Part shown: piece after piece, positions 19,547-28,097 of the stretch
How the letters are laid out: the number at the start of each line of letters is the position of its first letter
Position numbering within the stretch: position 1 is the stretch's first letter
IMG/VR virus record: IMGVR_UViG_3300017774_004344
Coordinates: 1 to 64,000 of that record
Origin: a virus
Length of the DNA: 64,000 nucleotides
Reading direction: 5' to 3' (one strand)
Notes under the pieces: generated by a model
Told to the model about the DNA's origin: nothing
Seen by the model: the letters and a program-made list of their open reading frames with translations, nothing else
The model's database searches: none
Program-made: the position numbers and the translations under genes

Positions 19547-20067
19547 GACTTCGCTCCTGTGCAGATTGGAAGAGTCGGTTTTCTTTCAGCTTGGCCACCT
19601 TGCCGGCCTAAATCTTGAACTTGTTGCTGGGGTTGCTGGTCAAAGGTTTGACCTTGCTGTTGAGCCGCTTGTTGAGCTTGCTGAGTGGCCTGTCGCTGCT
19701 CAGTACTCCGGGGTTGTGGTTTTTGGCGGCAGTTTTCTTCAAAGGTTGCCGAGAGTTCTTCGAACATAGCAAGCCCTTTCAAGTCGCTGCGTGACCTGGG
19801 TCCTTGCTGCGGATTTCCCTTAGGGATTGAAACTGGGAAGATCGAGTCAGAATTTTGCTCTTTTTGTTCCCCTTCGTTCCCCTTTTGCCTTCCAGGTCGA
19901 CTGTCAATGTCCATGTTCTGCAGTCCTTGGGCAATTGTAGTTTTGTCTTCCCTTGAAAGTTTATCTGTTGTCTTCCCTGTTAAAAACTGTTCTTTCCAGC
20001 GAGACTCCCCGTAGAGCATTTCCTCTACGGCAGCTAAAGATTCTGTTGTAAACCCGGGAACATCCAT
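19543..20067 (-). CDS. Gln-rich leader-family protein
   Basis: PGFTTESLAAVEEML N-terminus; Q-rich tail. Confidence 0.6.
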   Translation of the reverse strand: MDVPGFTTESLAAVEEMLYGESRWKEQFLTGKTTDKLSREDKTTIAQGLQNMDIDSRPGRQKGNEGEQKEQNSDSIFPVSIPKGNPQQGPRSRSDLKGLAMFEELSATFEENCRQKPQPRSTEQRQATQQAQQAAQQQGQTFDQQPQQQVQDLGRQGGQAERKPTLPICTGAKS

Positions 20068-20135
20068 AGCTTTAAAGCAGTTAGGTTAAACCTTTTTAAG
20101 ACTTCTATTAACCGTTCATTCTTTTCATTAACTCT

Positions 20136-20438
20136 CTAATGGCTGTGGAAATTCTCTGTTGTTCCGTAGCTGTGACGGAGCATCGAAGCAACATCCTGAG
20201 CAACCTCCTCGGAATAACCCATCGACGTTAGCCGCTCCGCATGATCCTGCGACTTTCCTGCCATCGAAAGTGCTATGGCAATAGCCTGGTCTTGAGACTT
20301 AACAATCTTGCCTTCCTTTCCCTTCTTACCTCGTCCTGAATGCAACGGCTTCGGGTCGCCGTGCTTCCAGCGATGCATCACCTGGCCCAAGACATCTTTG
20401 TGAGCCGACATAGAGTGGTCTTCAGGAAGCTTCGACAT
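20136..20438 (-). CDS. small basic protein (DUF6496-like)
   Basis: VMHRWKHG...LHSG...VKSQDQAIAIALS. Confidence 0.6.
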   Translation of the reverse strand: MSKLPEDHSMSAHKDVLGQVMHRWKHGDPKPLHSGRGKKGKEGKIVKSQDQAIAIALSMAGKSQDHAERLTSMGYSEEVAQDVASMLRHSYGTTENFHSH

Positions 20439-20533
20439 TTACGTGCAACCGACTTACAAAGGTTTTACCCTTTATTCTAGGGGGCACTCTTTCTGTAGGA
20501 AAAGGGCGGAAAATCGTATTACCTTGTATCGGG

Positions 20534-20707
20534 TTAAAGGTAAGCCCCACCTAAGACAGCATCTTCACTCACGTCCCCCTTCTCTCGAAGCTTCATCGCA
20601 GCTTCAAGGTACGGGTTTGCACCGTCTCTAAGTTCCCCACGCCGTTCCTTGTATCGAGACATGAGTGCAATGTACTGTGCGTCGTTTTTTCCTGTGGTTC
20701 TTTTCAT
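20534..20707 (-). CDS. 57-aa protein coupled to the upstream kinase
   Basis: TAATG overlap; MKRTTGKNDAQYIALMSRYKERRGELRDGANPYLEAAMKLREKGDVSEDAVLGGAYL*. Confidence 0.6.
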   Translation of the reverse strand: MKRTTGKNDAQYIALMSRYKERRGELRDGANPYLEAAMKLREKGDVSEDAVLGGAYL

Positions 20708-22134
20708 TAAATCCCCTCGTAGAGTGTGTTAATCACTTCCATAGCTTGCGTATCACTTAGCTTAGCCCAAGCTCCCTCCTTATATTTCTTGTCGGGAGTT
20801 CGAAATCTGGTTTTAAGGACTTTATCTAAGTCCCCACCTTCTATCCCGAAACGTCGAAGTTTCTCGATGGCTCTCTCTTTGTTTGTGTACGCTTTGTAAG
20901 CTAACGGAGCGTCTTCTTTCAGGAATTCTAAGTAATGAGCTCTTTGCTTTGAAGGGATATTCTTTCTTTCAACGTCTGCAATCAGGTTTCCGCCGGGACC
21001 CCATGATGAAAAGGCTGAGTCTCCGCTTTCACCTTTTGGACCGGAAAAAGCACCCAATGCCTCTGCGAGAGCTGCTTTTGGGTTGTCTTGTGCCAGGCCC
21101 ATGTCAACGAATCGCCCCTTTCCTGTCTTATCTACCAGAACGTTGTACCCGTGCATATCGTTATGGGCAATCCCCATTCTATGTAAATCGGCCCGAGCTT
21201 TCCAATAGGCCTCGGCGCCATCTCTACTGAACTTCGTGCCTAACGGCTCTCCTTCAACTTTTGTCATAGCAATACGACCTTCTCTTAAGTCTACGACCCT
21301 AGATTTAAAGCGAGAGGGTTCACCTATATCCGCAGCAATCAACTTCGGCCCTAAGTCCGCTCTACCGACTTTATCTACGATAGCAGCTTCTGTTCGACTA
21401 ATTACACCTCTCTTAATAACTTCGCCGTTTGGACTTAAAATTGCTGTACCGTACATACCCGACCCTAGCACCTTAGCTTCCTTACTAAAAGTGCCGCCCC
21501 AACCGCCATATTCGGGGTCTCCTTGTCTTACGTGGTTGCTTTTTTCGATGTTAGAGTCTAATATAGCGGCTTTTTCTTCTTCTTGGGATAAACCAGCTGA
21601 GTTGACTTTCTTAGTGGTTTCCCTTGGGCTCCGGTGCTCCTCAAGAATGCTCCTGATGTCGTCCAGAACTTCCTTCTTCGTCGCTTTTGCTCCGCCACTT
21701 TGACCCTCACCGGACCCTGACCCCGACGCTCTTTGTTGTGGCAAAGCCGAGACTTTTGTGTTGGTAGCCGATGAAGGTTTCCGTTTGGCCAGGAGCTTAT
21801 TCACCTGCTCTCTCTGTTTATCATTCAGCCTCGGGTCGACCAAAATTTTCTTCAGTTCTTTAACTGGCAGCGACTTCACCCTAGCGGTCAAGCGCATCCT
21901 GCCGGGGGTCACTTTTTTCTCGGGTTCTTTCGCCTTTCCCCTTATGTTGGGGATAATCTCTTTGACTTGCTCTGTTCCTTTGCGACACTTTCCTCCCGTA
22001 CCGTAGGCACTGCCGTCCTGTCTCACACAGCGCGTAAAGTCGTAAACTTCTTTTTCAGAAAAATTGAATGAATGTTGTTCTACAACCAGCGCCTCGTATG
22101 CTTGAAGAGCTTCGTTAGAGAAAAAATCTTTCAT
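20707..22134 (-). CDS. leader-family protein kinase
   Basis: NFSEKEVYDFTRCVRQDGSAYGTGGKCRKG; LGSGMYG, VIK, HNDMHGYN, VDMGLA. Confidence 0.85.
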   Translation of the reverse strand: MKDFFSNEALQAYEALVVEQHSFNFSEKEVYDFTRCVRQDGSAYGTGGKCRKGTEQVKEIIPNIRGKAKEPEKKVTPGRMRLTARVKSLPVKELKKILVDPRLNDKQREQVNKLLAKRKPSSATNTKVSALPQQRASGSGSGEGQSGGAKATKKEVLDDIRSILEEHRSPRETTKKVNSAGLSQEEEKAAILDSNIEKSNHVRQGDPEYGGWGGTFSKEAKVLGSGMYGTAILSPNGEVIKRGVISRTEAAIVDKVGRADLGPKLIAADIGEPSRFKSRVVDLREGRIAMTKVEGEPLGTKFSRDGAEAYWKARADLHRMGIAHNDMHGYNVLVDKTGKGRFVDMGLAQDNPKAALAEALGAFSGPKGESGDSAFSSWGPGGNLIADVERKNIPSKQRAHYLEFLKEDAPLAYKAYTNKERAIEKLRRFGIEGGDLDKVLKTRFRTPDKKYKEGAWAKLSDTQAMEVINTLYEGI

Positions 22135-22161
22135 TGCGAGGAAAAATTTGTAACCGAGTAG

Positions 22162-22169
22162 TTTTACCC
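22162..22169 (-). promoter_or_regulatory. putative late promoter GGGTAAAA (representative copy)
   Basis: Same motif recurs about 21-49 nt upstream of many genes; see findings. Confidence 0.65.
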
Positions 22170-22388
22170 TTGCGAGTCATTCAGGGGGAGTAGCCTTATT
22201 CCCTCTTCTTCAATAATATTCAACATCTGCTCTGAATAATGAGTGAGCCGAGACATTAGAGAAGAAGCTCTTTTAGCATAGTCTTCTAGCTCCCCCCTAC
22301 TCAAGGTAGATATTTGGTATTGCCCCATTGCATCGGCGGCTTCTTTTTCGAGTGGGTACTTTCGTAGTTTGTAAATCTTTTGCGTCAT
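22164..22388 (-). CDS. hypothetical protein
   Basis: 74 aa; ATGA-coupled to the sigma factor gene. Confidence 0.5.
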   Translation of the reverse strand: MTQKIYKLRKYPLEKEAADAMGQYQISTLSRGELEDYAKRASSLMSRLTHYSEQMLNIIEEEGIRLLPLNDSQG

Positions 22389-23116
22389 AGCACTGTTTCT
22401 AAAGAGCCGTGAGCTATGGCCTGAAGCTCATAAAATTTCTCAGCGGCCCATTCTCTTTCTTCCGGAGACATATCTCTGTTTTCGACATACTTAAGAACCA
22501 TATTCAGCTCGGACTCTGACAATCTTTTCATAGAATTTACAAGTTCAGGAGAAACAACGTAAGGTTTAACGTCGTCATCGTTGAAGATAAACTCTCGGGT
22601 CGTCCAGTCTTCTGGATTAGAGTCGTAGGAAACATGGTAGTTATGTGTGGCCATGTCTACCATCAAAATTTTCGACTCTGTTAAACCTAGCTCTTTGGCA
22701 ATTTCTTCGTAAGTTTTGTTTTGCTTGAGAAGTTCGTCAACCTGGGTTTTGTACTTGGCGACCCACCGTGGAGTTTTCACCATGCGAGAGTAATCTCTCA
22801 AAGCGTGTTGAATGTAACCTCGAGCAGTTCTCCAAGCGAAGGTGCTAAATTGAACTTTCTTGTTAGGCTCATATCGAGTTGCAGCTACGCACAAGGCGAA
22901 GTTCGCTATGGACTCAAGGTCTTCTTTTGTAAGAGAACCCGTATAACCACCCGTGGAGCACTTAGCCCCATAAGCAAGCCTACCCGCTATCCATTTATGT
23001 TCGCACACTAAACGTTGTTGCTCAGCAGAGAGTTCCGGGTATCGTCTGTGGCGTCTTTTCTTCATGTCAAGCCTCGCAACTTTGGCATTCGTTGTACGGG
23101 TTGTTTGAGTCTTCAT
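22385..23116 (-). CDS. RNA polymerase sigma factor (sigma70 family, SigF-like)
   Basis: EDLESIANFALCVAATRYEP...FSTFAWRTARGYIQHALRDYSRMVKTPR; HTH EEIAKELG. Confidence 0.85.
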   Translation of the reverse strand: MKTQTTRTTNAKVARLDMKKRRHRRYPELSAEQQRLVCEHKWIAGRLAYGAKCSTGGYTGSLTKEDLESIANFALCVAATRYEPNKKVQFSTFAWRTARGYIQHALRDYSRMVKTPRWVAKYKTQVDELLKQNKTYEEIAKELGLTESKILMVDMATHNYHVSYDSNPEDWTTREFIFNDDDVKPYVVSPELVNSMKRLSESELNMVLKYVENRDMSPEEREWAAEKFYELQAIAHGSLETVL

Positions 23117-25013
23117 AGGCGTTTGCCGTTGCGTTGGTGTTTAACTGTTTGTAGTCTACGTAATCAGTATAGCCACCTATGTGCTTTTTGTAAAGCCATA
23201 ATTGAGGGACAGTTGTCCAGTCGGTGTTCCAAAACCCTTTTTCTTCAGCTTCCGCTTTTGTGATTTCTTCATAGCGGATTCCATCCGCAGCTAGTTCTTC
23301 TTTTAGTTTCACACACCAGGGACAGTCGTCTTTTGTAACGACAAGGGCGGGAATAATCCTGCGATTCGTTAAAAGTGACGACGACTTGAGATAATACAAC
23401 GACTTCAGACCCATCTTCCATGCCGACAAATGCAGTTGCATAATATATGCAGCAGAGGCGGTCGGGTCCACAAACAGGTTGAGTGACTGACCTTGGCAAA
23501 TAAACCTCTGACGATCTGCAGCCTGTTTCACAAGCTCAAACTGGTCGATCTCGCGGGCAGTCTTAAATACTTCCTTCTCGTGGTCAGTGAGGCAGTCGAG
23601 ATCTTGAACGCTACCCTTGGCCTCAAGGATTTGTTCCCAAACCTCATCCTTCACCCCTCTTTCGCAGAACAGTTTTTCAAGGGCAGGGTTTTTTCGAACA
23701 TAGGTACCTTTTGCTTGTTTGGCGACGAAATAGTTAAAAGCTATTGGTTCCACCCCCTCTGATCCCGCCCCACATATGATGCTGTTGGTTTTGGTGGGAG
23801 CTATTGCTAATAGGTGCGTGTGACGCATTCCAGAACCACCACACCATTCTGGTTCCCCGAACTTTTTGGCAAGCTCTCTAGAAGCCTTTTCCGCCTCACT
23901 TTGCACAAACTGGTGGGTCTCAATGTTTAGTATTCGCGAGTCCTCGGAGGCAAAAGGTAACCCTCGTTTCTGGTACAGTGCGTGTAGACCCATAGTTCCG
24001 AGTCCAAGCGCCCTTGACTTCTTAGCAAACCTAACAGCACGACCCATTCCAACTTTACTTTCGGCCTTATGTATAAAGTCCGTAACAACTGCATCCAAAA
24101 GATGGATTGCAAGTTCTGGCACTGAACGCAAAGTGGAAGGGGACCGCCAATCTTTCCATTCATCATAGCGTGCAAGATTTAGGGAGGAAAGGACGCAAAC
24201 AAAGGAGTGATTTTCGTCCGTGTGGAGCATAATTTCACTGCAAAGGTTTGAAGTTGAAACTTTAAGGTTTCTTTCTTTGTAGCAAAGGGGGCTTTGGTTA
24301 TTCGCGTTGTCGGTAAACATTAAATAGGGTGATCCCGAGATCATCCGAGTTCTGAGCACCTCACCAAACAATTCTTGTTTTCTGTGATCACCCTCCATCA
24401 TAGATTCTATCCACTCGTCAGGGATAGTCAGGGCCAGGTTACCATCTATAAAATTACGTGGATCACCCTTACTATGGTCTTTTGTCCGTAGTAACTCAAG
24501 TAGGTCAGGGTGAGATATGGGCAAATAGTGCGAAAACGACCCACGGCGTACGCCACCTTGAGAGACAACTCTGGCGGCTAAGTCGAACTGCTGGGCCCAA
24601 GGAACCACACCAGTTGCCTTTCCCCCTCCACTTATGGGGGACCCGGATGGCCGCATGTCTCCGTAGTAAATACCAACTCCGCCCCCCATTTTGGAAAGTT
24701 GGGCTGTCTCTTTGAGGTGACTATACACCGAAGAAACAGAGTCGCTCAAATGGACGGAGTAGCAAGATACAGGGAGGCCCCGACTTGTGCCGAAGTTGGA
24801 GCAAACTGGGCTCGACCCTCCGAGCCAACCATTTTCCAACAAGGTGAATAGATCCTTATCCAGAGTTTCATCTTCGTTGATTCGGGCAGCCGTGCTGGAC
24901 ATGCGCTTAAACATCCCGGAAGGGGTTTCCCCAGGAATAAGGTAACCCGAGGAAAGCGTATGAAGTGCTTCTTCAGTCATCCACTGCGGGTGGGGGGAGT
25001 CTGTTTTAATCAT
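23067..25013 (-). CDS. nrdA: class I ribonucleotide reductase large subunit with inserted glutaredoxin domain
   Basis: PVSC, SNLCSEI, IAPT, QGQSLN, KSLYY; CPWC...TVPQ...IGGYTD; terminal CQSCEA. Confidence 0.95.
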   Translation of the reverse strand: MIKTDSPHPQWMTEEALHTLSSGYLIPGETPSGMFKRMSSTAARINEDETLDKDLFTLLENGWLGGSSPVCSNFGTSRGLPVSCYSVHLSDSVSSVYSHLKETAQLSKMGGGVGIYYGDMRPSGSPISGGGKATGVVPWAQQFDLAARVVSQGGVRRGSFSHYLPISHPDLLELLRTKDHSKGDPRNFIDGNLALTIPDEWIESMMEGDHRKQELFGEVLRTRMISGSPYLMFTDNANNQSPLCYKERNLKVSTSNLCSEIMLHTDENHSFVCVLSSLNLARYDEWKDWRSPSTLRSVPELAIHLLDAVVTDFIHKAESKVGMGRAVRFAKKSRALGLGTMGLHALYQKRGLPFASEDSRILNIETHQFVQSEAEKASRELAKKFGEPEWCGGSGMRHTHLLAIAPTKTNSIICGAGSEGVEPIAFNYFVAKQAKGTYVRKNPALEKLFCERGVKDEVWEQILEAKGSVQDLDCLTDHEKEVFKTAREIDQFELVKQAADRQRFICQGQSLNLFVDPTASAAYIMQLHLSAWKMGLKSLYYLKSSSLLTNRRIIPALVVTKDDCPWCVKLKEELAADGIRYEEITKAEAEEKGFWNTDWTTVPQLWLYKKHIGGYTDYVDYKQLNTNATANAYEDSNNPYNECQSCEA

Positions 25014-25617
25014 TTTTAACTTTTCGTGCTCGGTGATCGGACCATCTTTTCAAAGCTGCTTGCCTTTGACGCTCTTTTGTTTCGGCGGTTCTCTTACTGC
25101 CCAGATTTTTCTGCCTGGCTCTTTCTATGGCCTCTTGTGGTTGGGGCTTCCCTTTTCTATTTCGGTTCCCCCTAAGGCTTTCTGAAAGTTTTACGCAGGT
25201 TTCTTCGCTCGCTTTTCTTCCCGTGAGGGACTCAGCGATTTTTTCTTTCACTTTGTCCGGGGTAACTTTCCCGAAGTTAGGGTTCCCCTCCCCGCTGTAT
25301 TTTAATGACCTATCTCTTTTAAAGTCCTCATCAAACTTAAAACCAGTTGTGTCAAATTTTGTAGAGGTCTGGTAGGACCTATTAACAAACTCCGGGTCAG
25401 GTACAACTGTAAAAACTCTTTGCCACTGAATTTCAAATTGGACGGCTGCCCCAGAGGTGTTAAACACACCTAAAACTATTCTGGAGTCTGGGTTAAATGT
25501 GCTATCCGAGAAGGATCCCAAATACCCGTCGTAAAGGTTTTCGGTACTGTGTTTACCTATATAATTTCGACCGCCGCGTTGGCTCTCGTAACTCAAGTAC
25601 ACAATGTGCCAAATCAT
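25006..25617 (-). CDS. GIY-YIG homing endonuclease with NUMOD3-like repeats
   Basis: IVYLSY...NYIGKH...YLGS; GNPNFGK...KEKIAESLTG. Confidence 0.8.
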   Translation of the reverse strand: MIWHIVYLSYESQRGGRNYIGKHSTENLYDGYLGSFSDSTFNPDSRIVLGVFNTSGAAVQFEIQWQRVFTVVPDPEFVNRSYQTSTKFDTTGFKFDEDFKRDRSLKYSGEGNPNFGKVTPDKVKEKIAESLTGRKASEETCVKLSESLRGNRNRKGKPQPQEAIERARQKNLGSKRTAETKERQRQAALKRWSDHRARKVKND

Positions 25618-26594
25618 TTTAACACTAGGTCAAGAGTTTTGAGATTAACTGAGCTGAAGTCTTGCTCTGGTTTTGCAACATAAGAATCTCCCGACTTTGA
25701 TTGTGCGAAGAAATCGGTACTTGTGGATCCAGTTGCTATAGGGTCAAACCACCGTTTGACGCGATACGCTGCATCTTTGTCGAGGTGAAACTTAGGGACG
25801 GAAATACCCATCTTATCAATTCTTTCGTTGGCTCTCCAGCGGATGTAACTTTTGGTGTCATCTAAAGTGATTGTCCCCAGCGTGCGACCCTTAAAAATTT
25901 GATTGAGGAAGGCATCCTCATTTCGAACCACTGCTTTAAACCCTTGAGAAATCATAAGGGCTTCATCCGGTGTCAAAGGGTCCTCTTTTATAAACTCTTG
26001 GAAGAGAGCTATGCCAGTGTCGCTGTGTTGTTGTTCGTCCTGAATACTCCAACTGATTATCTGCGCCAACCCGCGATATTTGCCCGTCAGGTTGAGCGAC
26101 AGCAGAACTGCGAACGATGAGAACAGCGAGACACCCTCAGCGGCACCACTGAATACAGCTAGCGACTCTTTAATCCCCCTGGTCTCAAGAAAATACCCAA
26201 TCTTTTGCCTAGCTACGGGGTCTCCCAGAAATGCCTCAAACTCATCGATTCCCAAAGTATCTGACAATAAGTTGTAAGCGTGGGCGTGCACTACCTCCGA
26301 AAGAGAGAATGCTCTGGCCACGGCCGCAATTTCGTGCTTGGGGAACCAGTTTGGGATGTTAGCCCAGTAGTCGCTGACATGGCACTCAAGTTGTGTAAAT
26401 CCTCGAAGGATTCCTCCCACGATTTCCCGCTCGTCACTTGTTGCACTTTGCCAGTCCCGTATATCACTCTCAAGAGATACTTCTTCAGGTCTCCACTGGG
26501 CAGACTGTGCCTTGCGGTAGACCTCAAAGAACTCGGGATACTCAAACTGCCCGTTAATTTTGTAGGCTTCTCTATACTGCGTGATGCTTGGCAT
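25614..26594 (-). CDS. nrdB: ribonucleotide reductase small subunit
   Basis: WRPEEV, QLE, EVVHAHAY, EGVSLFSSF, DEQQH, DFFA. Confidence 0.95.
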   Translation of the reverse strand: MPSITQYREAYKINGQFEYPEFFEVYRKAQSAQWRPEEVSLESDIRDWQSATSDEREIVGGILRGFTQLECHVSDYWANIPNWFPKHEIAAVARAFSLSEVVHAHAYNLLSDTLGIDEFEAFLGDPVARQKIGYFLETRGIKESLAVFSGAAEGVSLFSSFAVLLSLNLTGKYRGLAQIISWSIQDEQQHSDTGIALFQEFIKEDPLTPDEALMISQGFKAVVRNEDAFLNQIFKGRTLGTITLDDTKSYIRWRANERIDKMGISVPKFHLDKDAAYRVKRWFDPIATGSTSTDFFAQSKSGDSYVAKPEQDFSSVNLKTLDLVLK

Positions 26595-27192
26595 TTCGTC
26601 GTTCTAAGCGTTTGCGTTCTTGTTCTGCGAGATATCTGTCTCGCGCAGGTTTGTGTTTTTCTTGGTCCCACCAGGTAGGAATGCCACCATGACGCCATTC
26701 GGCGTAACCTTTCTCACCTAAAAGGTAATCTCGGTAGGCTTGGATGGGGTCGGCAGGGTTTTTGTACTGCTCTGGCATTGCTTGAACAAACGGAGTGTGA
26801 TCTTTTGAGTAAGCTCTACTGAAGTTCCTGAATACGACAGTTCTGATTTGACTCAAACCGTGGAGAGTCCCGTGGTATTTGTTGTAACGCTCAAAGTACT
26901 CTTGAGCCATCCCGTAAGCATGTTCTAAAAGCCAGTGGACATTGGAAGGGCTTTCATAAAGCCATTTTGCACAAGGGTGGTGAGCGAAACCTTTCGTTCC
27001 GTAATACAATTTCTCGGACTCAAGTAAGTTTAAGTGACCGCTAGCATCAGGCTTCTCGATTTTGATACCGAATGTATTAAAGACCCAGGGGGTTAGCAGC
27101 GTCAAGCTCTCAGTCGGCATTTTTACAACGAGCTTGTCGGGCAGTGAAGCTCCTGCAATTTGCGGATCTTCATGCACAGCGAAAATGTTCAT
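26572..27192 (-). CDS. pyrimidine-dimer DNA glycosylase-like protein
   Basis: MNIF...DKLVVKMPTE...HHPCAKW...FVQAMPEQYK...AYRDY. Confidence 0.6.
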   Translation of the reverse strand: MNIFAVHEDPQIAGASLPDKLVVKMPTESLTLLTPWVFNTFGIKIEKPDASGHLNLLESEKLYYGTKGFAHHPCAKWLYESPSNVHWLLEHAYGMAQEYFERYNKYHGTLHGLSQIRTVVFRNFSRAYSKDHTPFVQAMPEQYKNPADPIQAYRDYLLGEKGYAEWRHGGIPTWWDQEKHKPARDRYLAEQERKRLERRNAKHHAV

Positions 27193-27417
27193 TTGTTTCG
27201 AACGGTGTAGTTTAGTGTTATTTGGGAAAAGTAAACTCGATCTACTTTAACTTTCAAGGCGAATGTAATTCAAAGCTTTCTCTCTCATTTCTTGTTGCCT
27301 TTTGAGGCTTTCTACTCGTCTACCTAAACCCAAAGTAGCAGAACGTTGGATGACAAGTTTCCGAAGAAAACAGCTAAAGTAGCAAGAAAGAAATAGGTGA
27401 GCATTGCATATACAGGG

Positions 27418-27452
27418 AATAAAAAACCACCTTCAGGTATCCTAAAGGTGGA
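27418..27452 (-). terminator. rho-independent terminator
   Basis: CCACCTTTAGG-ATA-CCTGAAGGTGG followed by TTTTTT. Confidence 0.75.
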
Positions 27453-27472
27453 GAAGATTACATAAAGAGAAC

Positions 27473-27616
27473 TCAGCGACCTTGACCTCTATACTTTTTC
27501 TTCGGAGAGTTTGCCGAAGTTGGAGAGAACTTGGTTCGTTTTGAGTTGCCTTGGTAGGTCTTTTTCTCTACAATTTTGAGTTCTCGTTGTCCGGTTGGGG
27601 ATTTTGCTTTTGCCAT
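27473..27616 (-). CDS. 47-aa basic cyanophage-type protein
   Basis: Read by hand: MAKAKSPTGQRELKIVEKKTYQGNSKRTKFSPTSANSPKKKYRGQGR*. Confidence 0.65.
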   Translation of the reverse strand: MAKAKSPTGQRELKIVEKKTYQGNSKRTKFSPTSANSPKKKYRGQGR

Positions 27617-27660
27617 TTTGAACAGCGTTGTTGTTTATTGAGAAATTAACTGAAAAGGAA

Positions 27661-27864
27661 TCACCAAACTCCAGGGATAATCTGGCCGGTAAGGGCGTAA
27701 GAGCCGAGTGCAGCAATAACTCCAAGCATGGCCATCCTGCCATTAAGAGTCTCTCCGACGGAGTCCCAAGCTACCATAGGCCGATAGTTGTCATCGACAG
27801 GGGTCATAGTGGGTTCTTTGGCGTAGATGTTGTTGCGATTACGATCTTCGGTGGTTACGGTCAT
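27661..27864 (-). CDS. hli: high-light-inducible protein
   Basis: ETLNGRMAMLG...TGQIIPGVW. Confidence 0.92.
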   Translation of the reverse strand: MTVTTEDRNRNNIYAKEPTMTPVDDNYRPMVAWDSVGETLNGRMAMLGVIAALGSYALTGQIIPGVW

Positions 27865-27920
27865 TTCTTTCGGTTGTTTGACGATTTATTCTAGCTCGGC
27901 TTTTGGGCCGTAAACTTGCT

Positions 27921-28097
27921 TCACCCTCCAGGCGATTCCAAGAACTGCTTCTCCAGCATCAGTCGTTTCAGTGCCCTCTTTTTCTCTTTTTGCTTCTTCT
28001 TTTCGTTTAACCAAAGGCGGAAGTACATTAATTCCCCTTCGCTGTACAACTCTGGTTGTTCCAGTGCTCTCTTCACCAGCTTCGCAGTTTTCATCAT
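27921..28097 (-). CDS. 58-aa hypothetical protein
   Basis: Read by hand: MMKTAKLVKRALEQPELYSEGELMYFRLWL...; coupled to the speD stop. Confidence 0.55.
   Translation of the reverse strand: MMKTAKLVKRALEQPELYSEGELMYFRLWLNEKKKQKEKKRALKRLMLEKQFLESPGG

Noticed and set aside
23067-25013. Intein in nrdA
   Set aside because: The extra segment is a glutaredoxin; no intein terminal motifs were seen.
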